This document shows, piece after piece, positions 50,718 through 63,234 of a DNA stretch of 64,000 bases; position 1 is the first letter of the stretch, and each line of letters starts with the position of its first letter. The stretch is from Deltaproteobacteria bacterium (GTDB lineage: Bacteria; Desulfobacterota; GWC2-55-46): the NCBI GenBank assembly GCA_019912665.1, contig JAIOIE010000018.1, forward strand, positions 751,433 to 815,432. The letters run 5' to 3'. The notes beneath the pieces are model-generated. The model searched no databases. It was not told where the DNA came from and worked only from the letters and a program-made list of their open reading frames with translations. The position numbers and the translations under genes are program-made.

Positions 50718-51761
50718 TTATTCCTTTTCCGCCTTGTCGGCCTCGAGCCCGGCTATCCTTTTTTCGAGCTCCGCGATCTTTTTCTTGAGTTCCGGAAGTT
50801 TCGAGTAGACGTTCTGGGCCCGGAGCCAATCCGTATGCGGAATGGCAGGGTAGCCGGTGTATATGCTCCGTGGAGGCACGTCCTGGGCAACGCCTGACCT
50901 GGCGCCTATACCCACGTCGTCGCCTATCGATATATGCCCGTTCACCCCTGACTGGCCGCCGATTTGTACGCGGCTACCAACGGTCGCGGAGCCCGCTATA
51001 CCGGCCTGGGCGACTATGACCGTGTCCTCGCCTACCTTGACGTTATGGGCTATCTGCACGAGGTTGTCTATCTTGGTCCCCCTGCCGATGACGGTCTCCC
51101 CCATGGTGGCCCTGTCTATTGTGACGCACGCGCCTATCTCGACGTCGTCGCCTATCCTTACCATCCCTGCCTGGGGCATCTTTACGTATTTCGCCTTGTC
51201 CCTGGCGTAGCCGAACCCATCGCTCCCGATTACTGAATTGCAGTGTATGATTACTCGGGCGCCTATCCGGCAGTTTTCCCTTATCGCGACACCGGGGTAG
51301 ATGACGCAGTCAGGCCCTATCTCCGCGCCCCTGCCCACGTAAACGCCAGGGAAAAGGACGGTCCTGTCGCCCACGCTCGCGCCGTCCTCCACGACCGCGA
51401 AGGCCTGGATCGACACCCGTGCGCCGAGCTTCGCGCCCGGATGCACCTCGGCCCCCGGGTGTACGCCAGGCAACGGGAGGGCCTGGGGCCTGAGCACCCC
51501 GAGTATCCTGGCAAAGGCGAGCTCGGGGTTTTCGGCGATGATGAGGTTAAGCCCCTCCGGCGCCCCTCCGGCACTCCTTACGACGACCGCGGATGCGCGG
51601 GCCTTTGAAAGGAGTCCGACGTGTTTATTCCCGGCCGCGAAGGAAATATCGCCCGGACCAGCCGCCCCAAGGGGCGCGGCCCCGGTTATGATCGAGCTCC
51701 CATCGCCCCTGACCGTGCCGCCGACAAGCGTGGCAAGCTCTGAAAGGCGCTTCCCCGGCAT
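50718..51761 (-). CDS. lpxD: UDP-3-O-acylglucosamine N-acyltransferase LpxD
   Basis: LSELATLVGG N-terminus followed by hexapeptide repeats. Confidence 0.85.
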   Translation of the reverse strand: MPGKRLSELATLVGGTVRGDGSSIITGAAPLGAAGPGDISFAAGNKHVGLLSKARASAVVVRSAGGAPEGLNLIIAENPELAFARILGVLRPQALPLPGVHPGAEVHPGAKLGARVSIQAFAVVEDGASVGDRTVLFPGVYVGRGAEIGPDCVIYPGVAIRENCRIGARVIIHCNSVIGSDGFGYARDKAKYVKMPQAGMVRIGDDVEIGACVTIDRATMGETVIGRGTKIDNLVQIAHNVKVGEDTVIVAQAGIAGSATVGSRVQIGGQSGVNGHISIGDDVGIGARSGVAQDVPPRSIYTGYPAIPHTDWLRAQNVYSKLPELKKKIAELEKRIAGLEADKAEKE

Positions 51762-51774
51762 CTCCGTCACCCCT

Positions 51775-52308
51775 TTACTTTTTCCCCTTCCTGCCATTAT
51801 GTATCTTTATGACCTCGTCCGTTATGTCGAGGTCCTTCGGCGCGTAGAGTATGCCGCCCACGGACCTTTCAAAGACGAAGGTCATTCCCTTTTTCTTCGC
51901 GATCTCCTCGACTATGCCCCGGAGATCGTCTATTATCCTCGCCTCGGTATCCTGCTTCCTCTTGTTAAGCTCCTCGCCGTACTCCATGAACTTCTTCTGG
52001 AAGTCGGCCGACCTGGCCTTGAACTCCTTTTCCTTGGAGTCCCTGGTCTCCTTGTTCCAGACGGCTCCCTTGGTGTCCAGCTCGTCCTTGAGCTTCTTAA
52101 GCGACTCCTGCTCCTTGTTGAGCTCGGATTCGAGCTTCTCGGCCTCGTTCTTAAGGTCGTCCTTTGCCTTCATTCCCGCGTCGCATTCGTTAAGCGCCCT
52201 CTGCAAATTGGCGTAGCCTATCTTCTGCTCGGCGGCCAGGGCCTGGCCGGATACGAAAAGCGCAATTGCGATTATAACCGCGCCCAGTACTTTTGTCATT
52301 CTCATCAT
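51775..52308 (-). CDS. skp: Periplasmic chaperone Skp (OmpH)
   Basis: Signal peptide plus a coiled-coil OmpH profile. Located between bamA and lpxD. Confidence 0.8.
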   Translation of the reverse strand: MMRMTKVLGAVIIAIALFVSGQALAAEQKIGYANLQRALNECDAGMKAKDDLKNEAEKLESELNKEQESLKKLKDELDTKGAVWNKETRDSKEKEFKARSADFQKKFMEYGEELNKRKQDTEARIIDDLRGIVEEIAKKKGMTFVFERSVGGILYAPKDLDITDEVIKIHNGRKGKK

Positions 52309-52332
52309 CTTTCTCCTTTTTTTATGAGGAAA

Positions 52333-55053
52333 TCAGAACAGGGTCCCTATGGCGAAATCCCACTCCGACCTGCTCTCGTCTTCGTCGGGGTCGAGATTGA
52401 ACCCCAGCTCTATCCTTATGGGCCCTATGGGGGAGAACCACCGGAGGCCCGCCCCCACTGATGTTTTTAAATCGTCCAGGTCAATCGAGTCCAGGTAAGC
52501 GTTCCCGGCGTCGAAAAAGACGAGCCCCCTTATGCTCTGCTCCGCGAAGAGCGGGAAGAGGTACTCGGCGTTGAAGACCAGCATGGACCTTCCGCCGATA
52601 AGGTCTCCGGTCGCGGCGTCCCTGGGGCTTATAGACCTCGTCTGGAAGCCCCTTATCGTGTTTATGCCGCCGAGGAAATACCTCTCGTAGACCGGGGGCT
52701 CCCTGCCCTCGTAGCCCTGGACGTGGCCTGCCGAGCCGTGGAGCGAGAGCACGGTATCCCAAGGCAGGGGGAAGAACTTGACCGCTTCGGCCTCGTACTT
52801 GACGTAATAGCTCGTGCCGCCGAGCGGGCCGCCCGCGAACTCCGTCGTGAGCGTGACGACCGAGCCCTCGGACGGGAAGAAGGCGTCGTTCCTGGAATCC
52901 CTCCGGACCTGGAGCCTTATGCTGCTCTCGGTGCTCGTGCCCTCCTGCTCCTTTATGAGCGAGGACGCGGTGTCGGCGACGTCGGTTATATGGACGTCCT
53001 CGAGCTTGTAGGTTATATAACCCCTCGTATACCTCTTCGTAAGCGGAAACCCGGCCCGCAGGTTGAAACCCTGCTTGCTCAGGTCGAAATCCGGGTACTC
53101 CCTTTCAGTATTATAGATATCGAAGCCCGCGGATATGGGCCTGTCAAAGAGCCACGGCTCGGTTATCCCGAACACGTATCGCGAGCTCGAGGCGCTCACG
53201 GTGCCCGAGAGGTCGAGCTTAAGCCCGGTGCCCATGAAGTTTGACTGAGAGATGGACGCGGTGCCGATGATCTTGTCGACCGAGCTGTAGCCGAGGCCCA
53301 CGGAGATGGACCCCGTCGGCCTTTCCTTCACGCCCACGCCCAGGTTCATCCTGTCCGCCGCGCTCCCCCTTGTCTCGGTTATCTGCACGTCATCGAAATA
53401 TCCGAGCCTACGGAGGTTCCCGCGCGCCCTCTTAAGCTCGGTCGAGGAGTAGAGCTCGCCTTCGCCTATGGGGATCTCCCTCCTTACGACCTTGTCCCTG
53501 GTACGGGTGTTTCCTGTGATCTCTATCTTCTCTATGTAGACCAGCTCGTTCTTTGCAATATCAAGCGTTATGTCGATTGTGCGGGCCTCCTGGTCGACCC
53601 TGGTGCCCGGCCTGACCTCCGCGTACGCGTAGCCCTTCTCGCCATAAATATCGGTAACCGCCTCTATGCCTCTGGCGAGCTTGCTCCTGCTGAAGATTTG
53701 GCCGGTTTCGAGGCCGAGCTTGTCGAGTATCTCCTCCTTTGGGACCAGGAGGTCGCCTGTGGCGTCGAGCTTCCCTATCCTGAACCGGGCACCCTCGGAG
53801 AGGGCTATCGTTATATAGAACCAGCGCTTGTCCTCGCTTAGCAGAACTCTCGAATCAAGTATGTCCGCGTTAATGTACCCGTTGTCGAAATAATGGTTCA
53901 TGACGAGGGCCAGGTCGTTCTGGTAGATGAACTCGTTGAACTTCCCGGACTTTGTGAGGGCGGTAAAGAACCCCACCTCCTTCGTGTTCATGACTTTTTT
54001 TAGCTTGGAATCGGTGAAAGCCTCGTTCCCGATGATGGTTATCCTCTTTACCTTGACCTCAGGCCCCTCCTCTATCCTGAATGCCACGGTGGCATCGGTC
54101 CCGTCGCTCTCGACCAGAGGGGTGACGGTCGCGAGGTAGAAGCCCTCGTCCTCGTATAGCTTCTTTATCCTCTCGGCGTCCCCGGCGAGGAGCACCCTGT
54201 CGAGCACCCTGTTCGTCCGGAGCGTCACAGTCTCCTCAAGCTGCTCGAGCTTTATCTCCTTATTCCCCCGGTACTCTATCCGCCTTACGAAGGGCAGCTC
54301 CTTTACTATGAAGGCGAGGACCCTGCCGGACGCCGTCTCGGAGAGTACGGCGGAGACGTCGTCAAAGTAGCCGGTAGCGTATATGGCCCTTATGTCCTCC
54401 CTTACCGTGTCGTGGGAAAAGGGCTCGCCCTCCCTGCTCCTCACCTTCTGGAGGACCGCTTCGGAGTCGACCCTCCTATTTCCGGAGACGACGATCCTGT
54501 CTACTATGCCCTCTTTCTCTACGGGCCTCTCCCGGAGCGCCGAGGCCATGGCCAGAGGCATCTCGGCGGCCTTTGCCCTTATCCTTCGAAGGAGCTCGGC
54601 CTCGGACACCGAGCTTTCGAAATAAAAGGCCTTGGGGGCGCCGTCCTTAAGGTCTAGTATCCTCCAGTCCGCGCTTGAGGTCCGGCCCACCCTGGTGATT
54701 GAGCCGAGCACCGCGAAATCAGCTCCTAGCTTGGAAGCTATATCGAAGGCGGCCTCCTCACCGAAGCGGGCCACGCCCTTTTCCAGCATGAGCCGCCTCG
54801 TCTCCTCGATGCCTACGACCTCTATCCCGGCGCTCCCGTCGAGGGTAGAGGCGAGCGCCTCCATGATATTCCTCCGGAGCGTCGAGATGTCCTCCTCGGC
54901 GTGCATCTCAAACGGGAGCACCAGCACTCTCAAGCCCTCTGCAAAAGACAGGGAGGGGATGAGGAGAAAAAGGAGCGTGAATAAAAGACGGGAAAGGAAG
55001 GCCAGTGACCCGGTTACGGTCCGGGCCGGCCCCGTTGAATTCCAAAACGCCAT
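52333..55053 (-). CDS. bamA: Outer membrane protein assembly factor BamA (POTRA repeats plus Omp85 barrel)
   Basis: Size, position, and a C-terminal beta-barrel ending ...FAIGTLF. Confidence 0.85.
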   Translation of the reverse strand: MAFWNSTGPARTVTGSLAFLSRLLFTLLFLLIPSLSFAEGLRVLVLPFEMHAEEDISTLRRNIMEALASTLDGSAGIEVVGIEETRRLMLEKGVARFGEEAAFDIASKLGADFAVLGSITRVGRTSSADWRILDLKDGAPKAFYFESSVSEAELLRRIRAKAAEMPLAMASALRERPVEKEGIVDRIVVSGNRRVDSEAVLQKVRSREGEPFSHDTVREDIRAIYATGYFDDVSAVLSETASGRVLAFIVKELPFVRRIEYRGNKEIKLEQLEETVTLRTNRVLDRVLLAGDAERIKKLYEDEGFYLATVTPLVESDGTDATVAFRIEEGPEVKVKRITIIGNEAFTDSKLKKVMNTKEVGFFTALTKSGKFNEFIYQNDLALVMNHYFDNGYINADILDSRVLLSEDKRWFYITIALSEGARFRIGKLDATGDLLVPKEEILDKLGLETGQIFSRSKLARGIEAVTDIYGEKGYAYAEVRPGTRVDQEARTIDITLDIAKNELVYIEKIEITGNTRTRDKVVRREIPIGEGELYSSTELKRARGNLRRLGYFDDVQITETRGSAADRMNLGVGVKERPTGSISVGLGYSSVDKIIGTASISQSNFMGTGLKLDLSGTVSASSSRYVFGITEPWLFDRPISAGFDIYNTEREYPDFDLSKQGFNLRAGFPLTKRYTRGYITYKLEDVHITDVADTASSLIKEQEGTSTESSIRLQVRRDSRNDAFFPSEGSVVTLTTEFAGGPLGGTSYYVKYEAEAVKFFPLPWDTVLSLHGSAGHVQGYEGREPPVYERYFLGGINTIRGFQTRSISPRDAATGDLIGGRSMLVFNAEYLFPLFAEQSIRGLVFFDAGNAYLDSIDLDDLKTSVGAGLRWFSPIGPIRIELGFNLDPDEDESRSEWDFAIGTLF

Positions 55054-55174
55054 GCTTCGCGTGCCCTTCTTCTTCTGAGGACTGCCGTTCACAAAAGGCG
55101 CCTCGATTCGCCTGATGACCCCGAACCGCCGGGCCATGTACAAGTAAAAAACTGCGACTCCTTATTGTCTGCGG

Positions 55175-55849
55175 CTATTCCTCGATTATCCTGCCGTCGA
55201 CCATCTTAAGCCGCCTTCCGAGCCTGGAGGCCAGATTCTCGTTATGCGTCACTATGACCATGGCCGTCCCCATGGTGCGGTTAAGCTCAAATAGAAGATT
55301 AAAGACCTCTTCCCCGGTGTGGGTGTCGAGGTTCCCGGTCGGCTCGTCAGCCAGTATGACCTCCGGAGACTGCATGAGTGCGCGGACTATGGCAGCCCGT
55401 TGCTGTTCGCCCCCGGAAAGCTCCCCCGGCTTGTGAGCGAGCCTCGCTCCGAGGCCCACATCAGCCAGGAGCTTTGCCGCCCTCTCCCTTGCGGCGTTAA
55501 GGCCGCCCCCTCCTATGAGCGCCGGGAGCATGACATTCTCAAGCGCCGTGAACTCCGGCAGGAGGTGGTGGAACTGGAAGACGAACCCCATGTGCCTGTT
55601 CCGGAAGGCCGCAAGCCTTCTGTCGTCATACCCGAAGACCTGCTCGCCCTTGAAGGATACTTCCCCGGAGGTCGGCCGGTCGAGCGCGCCGAGTATGTTC
55701 AAGAGCGTGGACTTACCCGCGCCCGAGGCGCCCACCACGGCTATGGTCTCGCCCTTTGCTATCGAAAGGTCGATGCCCTTCAGGACCTCGACCCTCTTTC
55801 CCGAATCCCCGTATGTCTTCCTGAGCCCTGCTGCCCTTATGAGTTCCAT
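55175..55849 (-). CDS. lolD: Lipoprotein-releasing ABC ATPase LolD
   Basis: Walker [10 protein letters not shown], the signature LSGGEQQR, and the adjacent FtsX-type permease. Confidence 0.75.
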   Translation of the reverse strand: MELIRAAGLRKTYGDSGKRVEVLKGIDLSIAKGETIAVVGASGAGKSTLLNILGALDRPTSGEVSFKGEQVFGYDDRRLAAFRNRHMGFVFQFHHLLPEFTALENVMLPALIGGGGLNAARERAAKLLADVGLGARLAHKPGELSGGEQQRAAIVRALMQSPEVILADEPTGNLDTHTGEEVFNLLFELNRTMGTAMVIVTHNENLASRLGRRLKMVDGRIIEE

Positions 55850-55886
55850 GTTACGGTTTCCTGAGCGGAAAGCCCGTCCGGCCCGC

Positions 55887-57146
55887 TCATTCGTATCTCA
55901 GCCCCTCGACCGGGTCGAACCTCGACGCCTGCCAGGACGGGTAAAGTGTGGCGAGAAAGCTTATGCCTATCGAGATGGCGACTATTGTCGCCACGACCAG
56001 CGGCTCGACCTTCGACGGGAAGGTGTCGATGTAGTAGATGGAAGGGGGGAGCACTTGAAACTGGAATACCCTCTCGATGAACTGTATGAGCTTTTCCAGA
56101 TTGAGGGCCGCCGCGACCCCCAGGACCGTGCCTAAAGTCGTGCCGGTGACCCCTATTACTATGCCCTCCACCATGAATATCCGCATTATGCCGCCCGAGG
56201 TGGCCCCCAGGCTTTTGAGTATCGCTATGTCCTTGCCCTTTTCCATTACGACCATTATGAGGGTGCTTATGATGTTCATGGCCGCTACCAGTATTATGAG
56301 CGTGAGGATTATGAACATGGCCGCCTTCTCGAGCTTGAGGGCCGAGAAGAGGTTCCTGTTCATCTCCATCCAGGTGCGGGTCCAGTAGGGCCCGCGTAGC
56401 TCCATCATTATGAGGTCCGCTGTCTCCTCAGCCTTGTAGATGTCCTTTATCTTGACCTCCACGCCGGAGACGGCGTCCCCCATCCTGAAAAAGCTCTGGG
56501 CATTCTCGATTGATATGAAGGCAAGGGACGAATCGTACTCGTACATGCCGAGCTCGAACACTCCGGCCACCCTGAAGGCCGCCATCCTGGGGACCGGCCC
56601 GGCCGGGGTCATGGTGCCCATGGGCGATATGACGCTTATGTCGTCGCCCACGGAAACGCCGAGGTTCCTCGCAAGCTCCCGACCGATGAGTATGCCGGGT
56701 TCGCCGGAGCCTTCGCCGAGAGCGGGCCTCAAGCCCTCCATCGTGCCTTCCTTCACCTTGTCCGGCAGGACCGCGACTTCGCCTATCGTCTCAAGCTCGA
56801 GCCCCCTTATGACCGCGCCGACGACCCCTCCGGGCGCGGATATCATTGCCTGGTTGTAGGTAAAGGGGGTCGCGCCCACGACGCCGTTCACTTTGCGCAC
56901 CTTTTCGGCGACCTCCGCGTACCCGGACATGGGCGAGCCGAGCTCGGTCACCACCACGTTGGCGTTTATGCCGAGGATCTTCTCCCTCAGGTTCTCCTCG
57001 AAGCCGGTCATTACGGATAGGACTATTATGAGGGCCGTTACGCCGACCGTTATGCCGGCTATGGAGATGAAGGTTATGACCGAGATAAAGGTCTGCTTCC
57101 TCTTGGCCTTGAGGTAACGTAGACCTATGAAAAGCTCGTATGACAT
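55887..57146 (-). CDS. Lipoprotein-releasing system permease LolC/LolE (FtsX/MacB-type)
   Basis: Four TM helices plus a periplasmic domain with this topology. Adjacent to lolD. Confidence 0.7.
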   Translation of the reverse strand: MSYELFIGLRYLKAKRKQTFISVITFISIAGITVGVTALIIVLSVMTGFEENLREKILGINANVVVTELGSPMSGYAEVAEKVRKVNGVVGATPFTYNQAMISAPGGVVGAVIRGLELETIGEVAVLPDKVKEGTMEGLRPALGEGSGEPGILIGRELARNLGVSVGDDISVISPMGTMTPAGPVPRMAAFRVAGVFELGMYEYDSSLAFISIENAQSFFRMGDAVSGVEVKIKDIYKAEETADLIMMELRGPYWTRTWMEMNRNLFSALKLEKAAMFIILTLIILVAAMNIISTLIMVVMEKGKDIAILKSLGATSGGIMRIFMVEGIVIGVTGTTLGTVLGVAAALNLEKLIQFIERVFQFQVLPPSIYYIDTFPSKVEPLVVATIVAISIGISFLATLYPSWQASRFDPVEGLRYE

Positions 57147-57215
57147 CCGTGTCCCGTCTCTCCGGGATATTAACCCGGCTGTATTAAAAAACCCTCAATG
57201 AAGGGTTAAAAAGGC

Positions 57216-58694
<1,479 letters not shown>

Positions 58695-58904
58695 TATGGA
58701 CACCTCAAAAAAAAGGGATTGCGGGGTTCGTCCGCAGAGAGCTCCGTCCGGAGAAAATCCAGCCCAAAAGGCGGATTTTCCCAATCAGGACAGGCCTGAA
58801 GATTAATGTTAAAAGTTATCTCATTTAATAGTGTGAGTCAAGGTAAAACCGCGGATTTTCAGGCGGTTATTGGGGGAATTGGCTGCTTGGAGCTACCGCG
58901 GCAA

Positions 58905-60035
58905 TCAGGCCGAGAGTCCGCCATCTGCCTTGAGAGACACCTCTTCATAAGGCCTTCCGAGCGAGGCGGCCACGTTCCGGTGCACGACCTTTCCATCGAG
59001 CACATTGGCGCCGCGCCTAAGGGGCTCTGACGAGGCCAGGGCCTTTTTGACGCCCTGGTTCGACATGGCAAGGACATAGGGTAGGGTAGCGTTCGTGAGG
59101 GCGAAGGTCGAGGTCCTCGGGACAGCCCCTGGCATGTTGGCGACCCCGTAATGGAGCACCCCTTCCTCAAAATAGACCGGGTCGGAATGGGTGGTGGGCC
59201 TTATGGACTCCACACAGCCGCCCTGGTCGACCGAAACGTCGACTATGACCGAGCCCTTTTTCATGAGCCGGAGCATGCCCCTTGTTACAAGCCTCGGGGT
59301 CCTTGAGCCAGGTATGTGGACCGCGCCTATCATGAGGTCTGTGCGGCTTGAGCACATCTCTATATTATGGGAGTTGGAATAGAGCGTTTCCACCTTTACG
59401 CCAAAGAGGTCGTCAAGGTATCTCAGGCGGGCCGCGTTCGTATCGAGGACGGTTACGCGCGCTCCCAGGCCAACGGCCATCTTCGCGGCATTCACGCCCG
59501 CGACCCCGGCGCCTATTATCGTGACTGCCCCGGCCTCGACTCCGGGGACCCCGCTTAAAAGTACGCCCCTGCCGCCCTCCGGCTTAAGAAGGTAATGCGC
59601 GCCTGCCTGAACCGCGAGCCTCCCGGCCACCTCGCTCATGGGCGCGAGCACCGGGAGCGTGTGGTCCTGAAGCTCTATTGTCTCATAGGCAATCGCGGCT
59701 ACCCCTTTATCTATGAGCTCCCCGGCAAGGCGATGGTCAGCGGCAAGATGGAAAAAAGTGAATACGGCAAGGCCGGGCCGGAGGTACGCATACTCCTCGG
59801 GCCTCGGCTCCTTTACCTTTACGATAAGCTCCGAGCGCGACCATACTTCGGAGGCGGACTGGACCACTTCCGCGCCCGCGCCCCTGTATTCGTCGTCCGT
59901 TATGGAGCTTCCGAGTCCGGCCCCTTTTTCGACCAGGACCGTGTGGCCGGCCTCCTTGAGGGCCCTTGCGCCCGCGGGCACAAGACCCACCCGGAACTCG
60001 TTGTCCTTTATCTCCCTGGGTACGCCGACTATCAT
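58905..60035 (-). CDS. ald: Alanine dehydrogenase
   Basis: [22 protein letters not shown]...[11 protein letters not shown]...[12 protein letters not shown]. Confidence 0.8.
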   Translation of the reverse strand: MIVGVPREIKDNEFRVGLVPAGARALKEAGHTVLVEKGAGLGSSITDDEYRGAGAEVVQSASEVWSRSELIVKVKEPRPEEYAYLRPGLAVFTFFHLAADHRLAGELIDKGVAAIAYETIELQDHTLPVLAPMSEVAGRLAVQAGAHYLLKPEGGRGVLLSGVPGVEAGAVTIIGAGVAGVNAAKMAVGLGARVTVLDTNAARLRYLDDLFGVKVETLYSNSHNIEMCSSRTDLMIGAVHIPGSRTPRLVTRGMLRLMKKGSVIVDVSVDQGGCVESIRPTTHSDPVYFEEGVLHYGVANMPGAVPRTSTFALTNATLPYVLAMSNQGVKKALASSEPLRRGANVLDGKVVHRNVAASLGRPYEEVSLKADGGLSA

Positions 60036-60128
60036 CCTCGCCCTACCGAAAGACTTTGATTTTCAATAACTTGGAGCGCCCTCACAAGGGACAGGCTACC
60101 AGTTTTGGGGCAGGTAGTCAAGGCCGTC

Positions 60129-61298
60129 TCAGACCTGCTTCTCCCTGGTTTCCCGCATGAGCGGAAAGACCGTGTGCTTCAGGTAATAGAGGTCGGCCTC
60201 CACGGTCTTCATCTCCTCGTCCCGGAGCGTGAAGGGCGTAATGGGTGTGTCCCGGAGATAGGCGCTACGGAAGATGTCGCCGTTCCTCCTGAGAAAGTCC
60301 TCAGGGATGACGTCGCGGGCGCTAAGCCCGTTCATTATGCCCCAAGCGAGCGTCCACGCCCTCGCGACGTTGGAGAGGTCGTAGCCGCCTCCGCCCAGGG
60401 CGACCCAGGGGAGCCTGAAGGAACGGAAACGCTCGATCATTTTCTCGAAACTATTGGTCGTAAGGCTCAGGTGCGTAAGGGGGTCTGTTTCGAAGGAATC
60501 CACCCCGAGCTGGGTTACCAGCACGTCCGGCTGGAACTCCTCTATGAAGGGCGGGACCACCTCCTCGAATGCCTTAAGGTAAAGCTCGTCGCCTGTAGAA
60601 GGCGGAAGCGGCATATTGACCGAGAAGCCCCTGCCGCTACCCACCCCTATGTCGGTGACGAACCCAGTGCCGGGAAAGAGCCATTGCCCGCTCTCGTGGA
60701 GCGATATGGTCAGCACCCTGTCGGTATCGTAGAAGGCATACTCGACACCATCGCCGTGATGGGCGTCTATATCCACATAGGCGACGCGCTTTCCGAGGTT
60801 TACGAGGTGTTTTATGGCGATCGCGGCGTCGTTTATGTAACAGAAACCCGAGGCCCTGCCGGGCATGGCGTGGTGGAGCCCGCCCGCGATGTTGAAGGCC
60901 GTCTCGGCCTTGCCCTCTGCCACGAGTTCCGCGGCCTGAATGGAGGCGCCGGCAGACAGGGCCGACCACTCGTACATCCCGTTGAAGACCGGGTTGTCGG
61001 CGAACCCGAGGCCGTGGAGCGACCCGCCCACCGGTATAATCCCCGTGTTAGCCTCCTTCAGGACCCTCACGTAATCCGGGGTATGAAAGAGGAGGAGGTC
61101 GGATTCGCTTGCATGGGCGGCCTCGACAATAGCAGACGAGTTGAGCCCCAGGAGGCCCAATTCCCTTATGAGCTCATAAGTGAGGCGGAGCCTCACGGGC
61201 TTCATCGGATGGTCTATGCCGTAGTAAAAGGAGCCGAACCTGTCGGAGTAAACAAAGGCGGTCCTGGCCTTTCCGCCCCTTGCCCGCTGCCTACTCAT
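60129..61298 (-). CDS. Histone deacetylase family protein (AcuC/HDAC-like)
   Basis: GLHHAMPGRASGFCYINDAAI...VDIDAHHGDGVE. Confidence 0.8.
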   Translation of the reverse strand: MSRQRARGGKARTAFVYSDRFGSFYYGIDHPMKPVRLRLTYELIRELGLLGLNSSAIVEAAHASESDLLLFHTPDYVRVLKEANTGIIPVGGSLHGLGFADNPVFNGMYEWSALSAGASIQAAELVAEGKAETAFNIAGGLHHAMPGRASGFCYINDAAIAIKHLVNLGKRVAYVDIDAHHGDGVEYAFYDTDRVLTISLHESGQWLFPGTGFVTDIGVGSGRGFSVNMPLPPSTGDELYLKAFEEVVPPFIEEFQPDVLVTQLGVDSFETDPLTHLSLTTNSFEKMIERFRSFRLPWVALGGGGYDLSNVARAWTLAWGIMNGLSARDVIPEDFLRRNGDIFRSAYLRDTPITPFTLRDEEMKTVEADLYYLKHTVFPLMRETREKQV

Positions 61299-62499
61299 AC
61301 CTTAGCGCCTCTATGGGGTCCATGAGCGAGGCCTTCCGCGCGGGGTATATGCCGAACACCAGCCCAACGAGCGCGGAAAAAAGGAAGCCCAGCCCAACGG
61401 ACCAGATTGTGATGACCGTCTCCCACTCGCCGAACCTCGAAAGGAGGACCGCCATTGACGAGCCCGCGGCAACACCAATGAGTCCGCCTGTTATGGTTAT
61501 GACCAGCGCCTCTATGAGGAACTGCCTGAGTATGTCGCTCCGCCTTGCGCCGACAGCCATTCTCACGCCTATTTCCCTCGTCCTTTCGGTCACGGAAACG
61601 AGCATGATGTTCATAACGCCTATGCCGCCCACGAGGAGCGATACCGCCGCTATGCCGGAAAGGAGGACGGTAAAGGTCTGCGAGGTCTCCTCCAGCGTCC
61701 TTACCATCTCGGTAAAGTCCCTTATGGTGAAATCCGAAACGGCGCCTGGGGCGATCCTGTGCCTCTCACGGAGGAGCCGCTCGAGGTCCTCTTTCACCTT
61801 GGGTATAAGGGACGCGTCCTCGACCTGGATGTTTATGTCGTTCAGGTAGACCTGGCTGAATATCCGCCTCTGGGCGGTCGATATGGGGATAAAGACCTGG
61901 TCGTCCGGGTCCGACCAGGAGCTCTGCCCCTTTGGAAGCATTACTCCTATCACCGTGAACGTCTGCCCCTGTATCTTTATCTCCTCTCCAAGGGCCGGAC
62001 TGTCCCCGAAAAGGTCCTGCCTGACGGTATTTCCGAGCACCGCGACCCTTCTCATCACCTTGATATCAGTTTCGTCCAGGAAATGCCCTTCCGCAACCTG
62101 AAAATTATTTATGCCGGGATATTCGGTAGTTGTGCCGGTTATCATCGTGTTCGTGTTCCTGTTCCCGTACTTTACCTGGCTTGAGCGGCCCGCGACAGGC
62201 GCAAGCGCCCGTATGCCGGACACCTCCCTTGCTACGGCCTCGGCGTCCTTAAGGGTGAGGGTCTCGACCGCGCCTGTCCTTATGTGCCCCATCCTTGCCG
62301 AGCCGGGGCGGACCCTCAAGAGGTTGGTGCCGAACCTGGAGATGGACTCCATTACCTGCTGTTTCGCGCCCTCGCCTATGGAAAGCATGGAGATTATCGA
62401 GGCAACGCCGATTATGATTCCTAGCATCGTGAGCGCGGTGCGCATCTTGTTGGCCAGGATGCCCCTGAACGCAACTTTTATTACCTGTGCGAGTACCAT
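61291..62499 (-). CDS. MacB-like ABC transporter permease (FtsX domain)
   Basis: N-terminal TM helix, a periplasmic domain, and a C-terminal FtsX helical bundle. Confidence 0.75.
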   Translation of the reverse strand: MVLAQVIKVAFRGILANKMRTALTMLGIIIGVASIISMLSIGEGAKQQVMESISRFGTNLLRVRPGSARMGHIRTGAVETLTLKDAEAVAREVSGIRALAPVAGRSSQVKYGNRNTNTMITGTTTEYPGINNFQVAEGHFLDETDIKVMRRVAVLGNTVRQDLFGDSPALGEEIKIQGQTFTVIGVMLPKGQSSWSDPDDQVFIPISTAQRRIFSQVYLNDINIQVEDASLIPKVKEDLERLLRERHRIAPGAVSDFTIRDFTEMVRTLEETSQTFTVLLSGIAAVSLLVGGIGVMNIMLVSVTERTREIGVRMAVGARRSDILRQFLIEALVITITGGLIGVAAGSSMAVLLSRFGEWETVITIWSVGLGFLFSALVGLVFGIYPARKASLMDPIEALRYE

Positions 62500-62537
62500 A
62501 ATCTATCGCATTCCGGCCAAAGGGCTAAAAGGCCGCC

Positions 62538-63200
62538 TCATGCCGCGGAGAGCACCTTTCCGTCCTTTAGCGTTATCACCCTCTCGGAATGGGCCGCTAT
62601 TTCGTTGTCATGCGTTACGACCACGAGGGTCGAGCCTTTTCTGTGAAGGTCCTTGAAGAGCTCCATGACCTCTCTGCCTGTGCGCGAATCGAGGTTGCCG
62701 GTCGGCTCGTCGCAGAGTATTATGGGCGGCCTCATGACGATCGCCCGCGCGATCGCAACGCGCTGCCTCTGCCCGCCGGAGAGCTCGTTGGGCCTGTGCC
62801 CCATCCTGTTCTCGAGGCCGACCTCCCTCAAGGCCTCTGCCGCTATCCGGGCCGTTCCCTCCGCCCCGGCGTAGAGCAATGGAAGCTCGACGTTCTCAAG
62901 CGCGGTCTGCCTTGCAAGGAGGTTAAAGCTCTGGAAGACGAAACCGATGTTCCTGTTCCTTACGGCCGCAAGGCCGTCGTCGTCCATCTCCTCGACCCTT
63001 ATCCCGTTAAGGGTGTAGGCGCCGCCCGTGGGCCTGTCAAGGCACCCTATTATATTCATGAGAGTGGATTTGCCGCTCCCGGAAGGGCCCATTATGGACA
63101 CGAACTCGCCTTTTTTTATGCGGAGGTCAACAGAGGAGAGGGCCTCAACGCGCTGGCCGCCCAGAAAATAAGTCTTTATTATACCCTTAAGCTCTATCAT
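62538..63200 (-). CDS. ABC transporter ATP-binding protein (MacB/LolD-type)
   Basis: Walker [10 protein letters not shown], the signature LSGGQRQR and Walker [12 protein letters not shown]. Confidence 0.85.
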   Translation of the reverse strand: MIELKGIIKTYFLGGQRVEALSSVDLRIKKGEFVSIMGPSGSGKSTLMNIIGCLDRPTGGAYTLNGIRVEEMDDDGLAAVRNRNIGFVFQSFNLLARQTALENVELPLLYAGAEGTARIAAEALREVGLENRMGHRPNELSGGQRQRVAIARAIVMRPPIILCDEPTGNLDSRTGREVMELFKDLHRKGSTLVVVTHDNEIAAHSERVITLKDGKVLSAA

Positions 63201-63234
63201 CTCGATGGTCGGAGGAGGCTCATGACCGGACGCC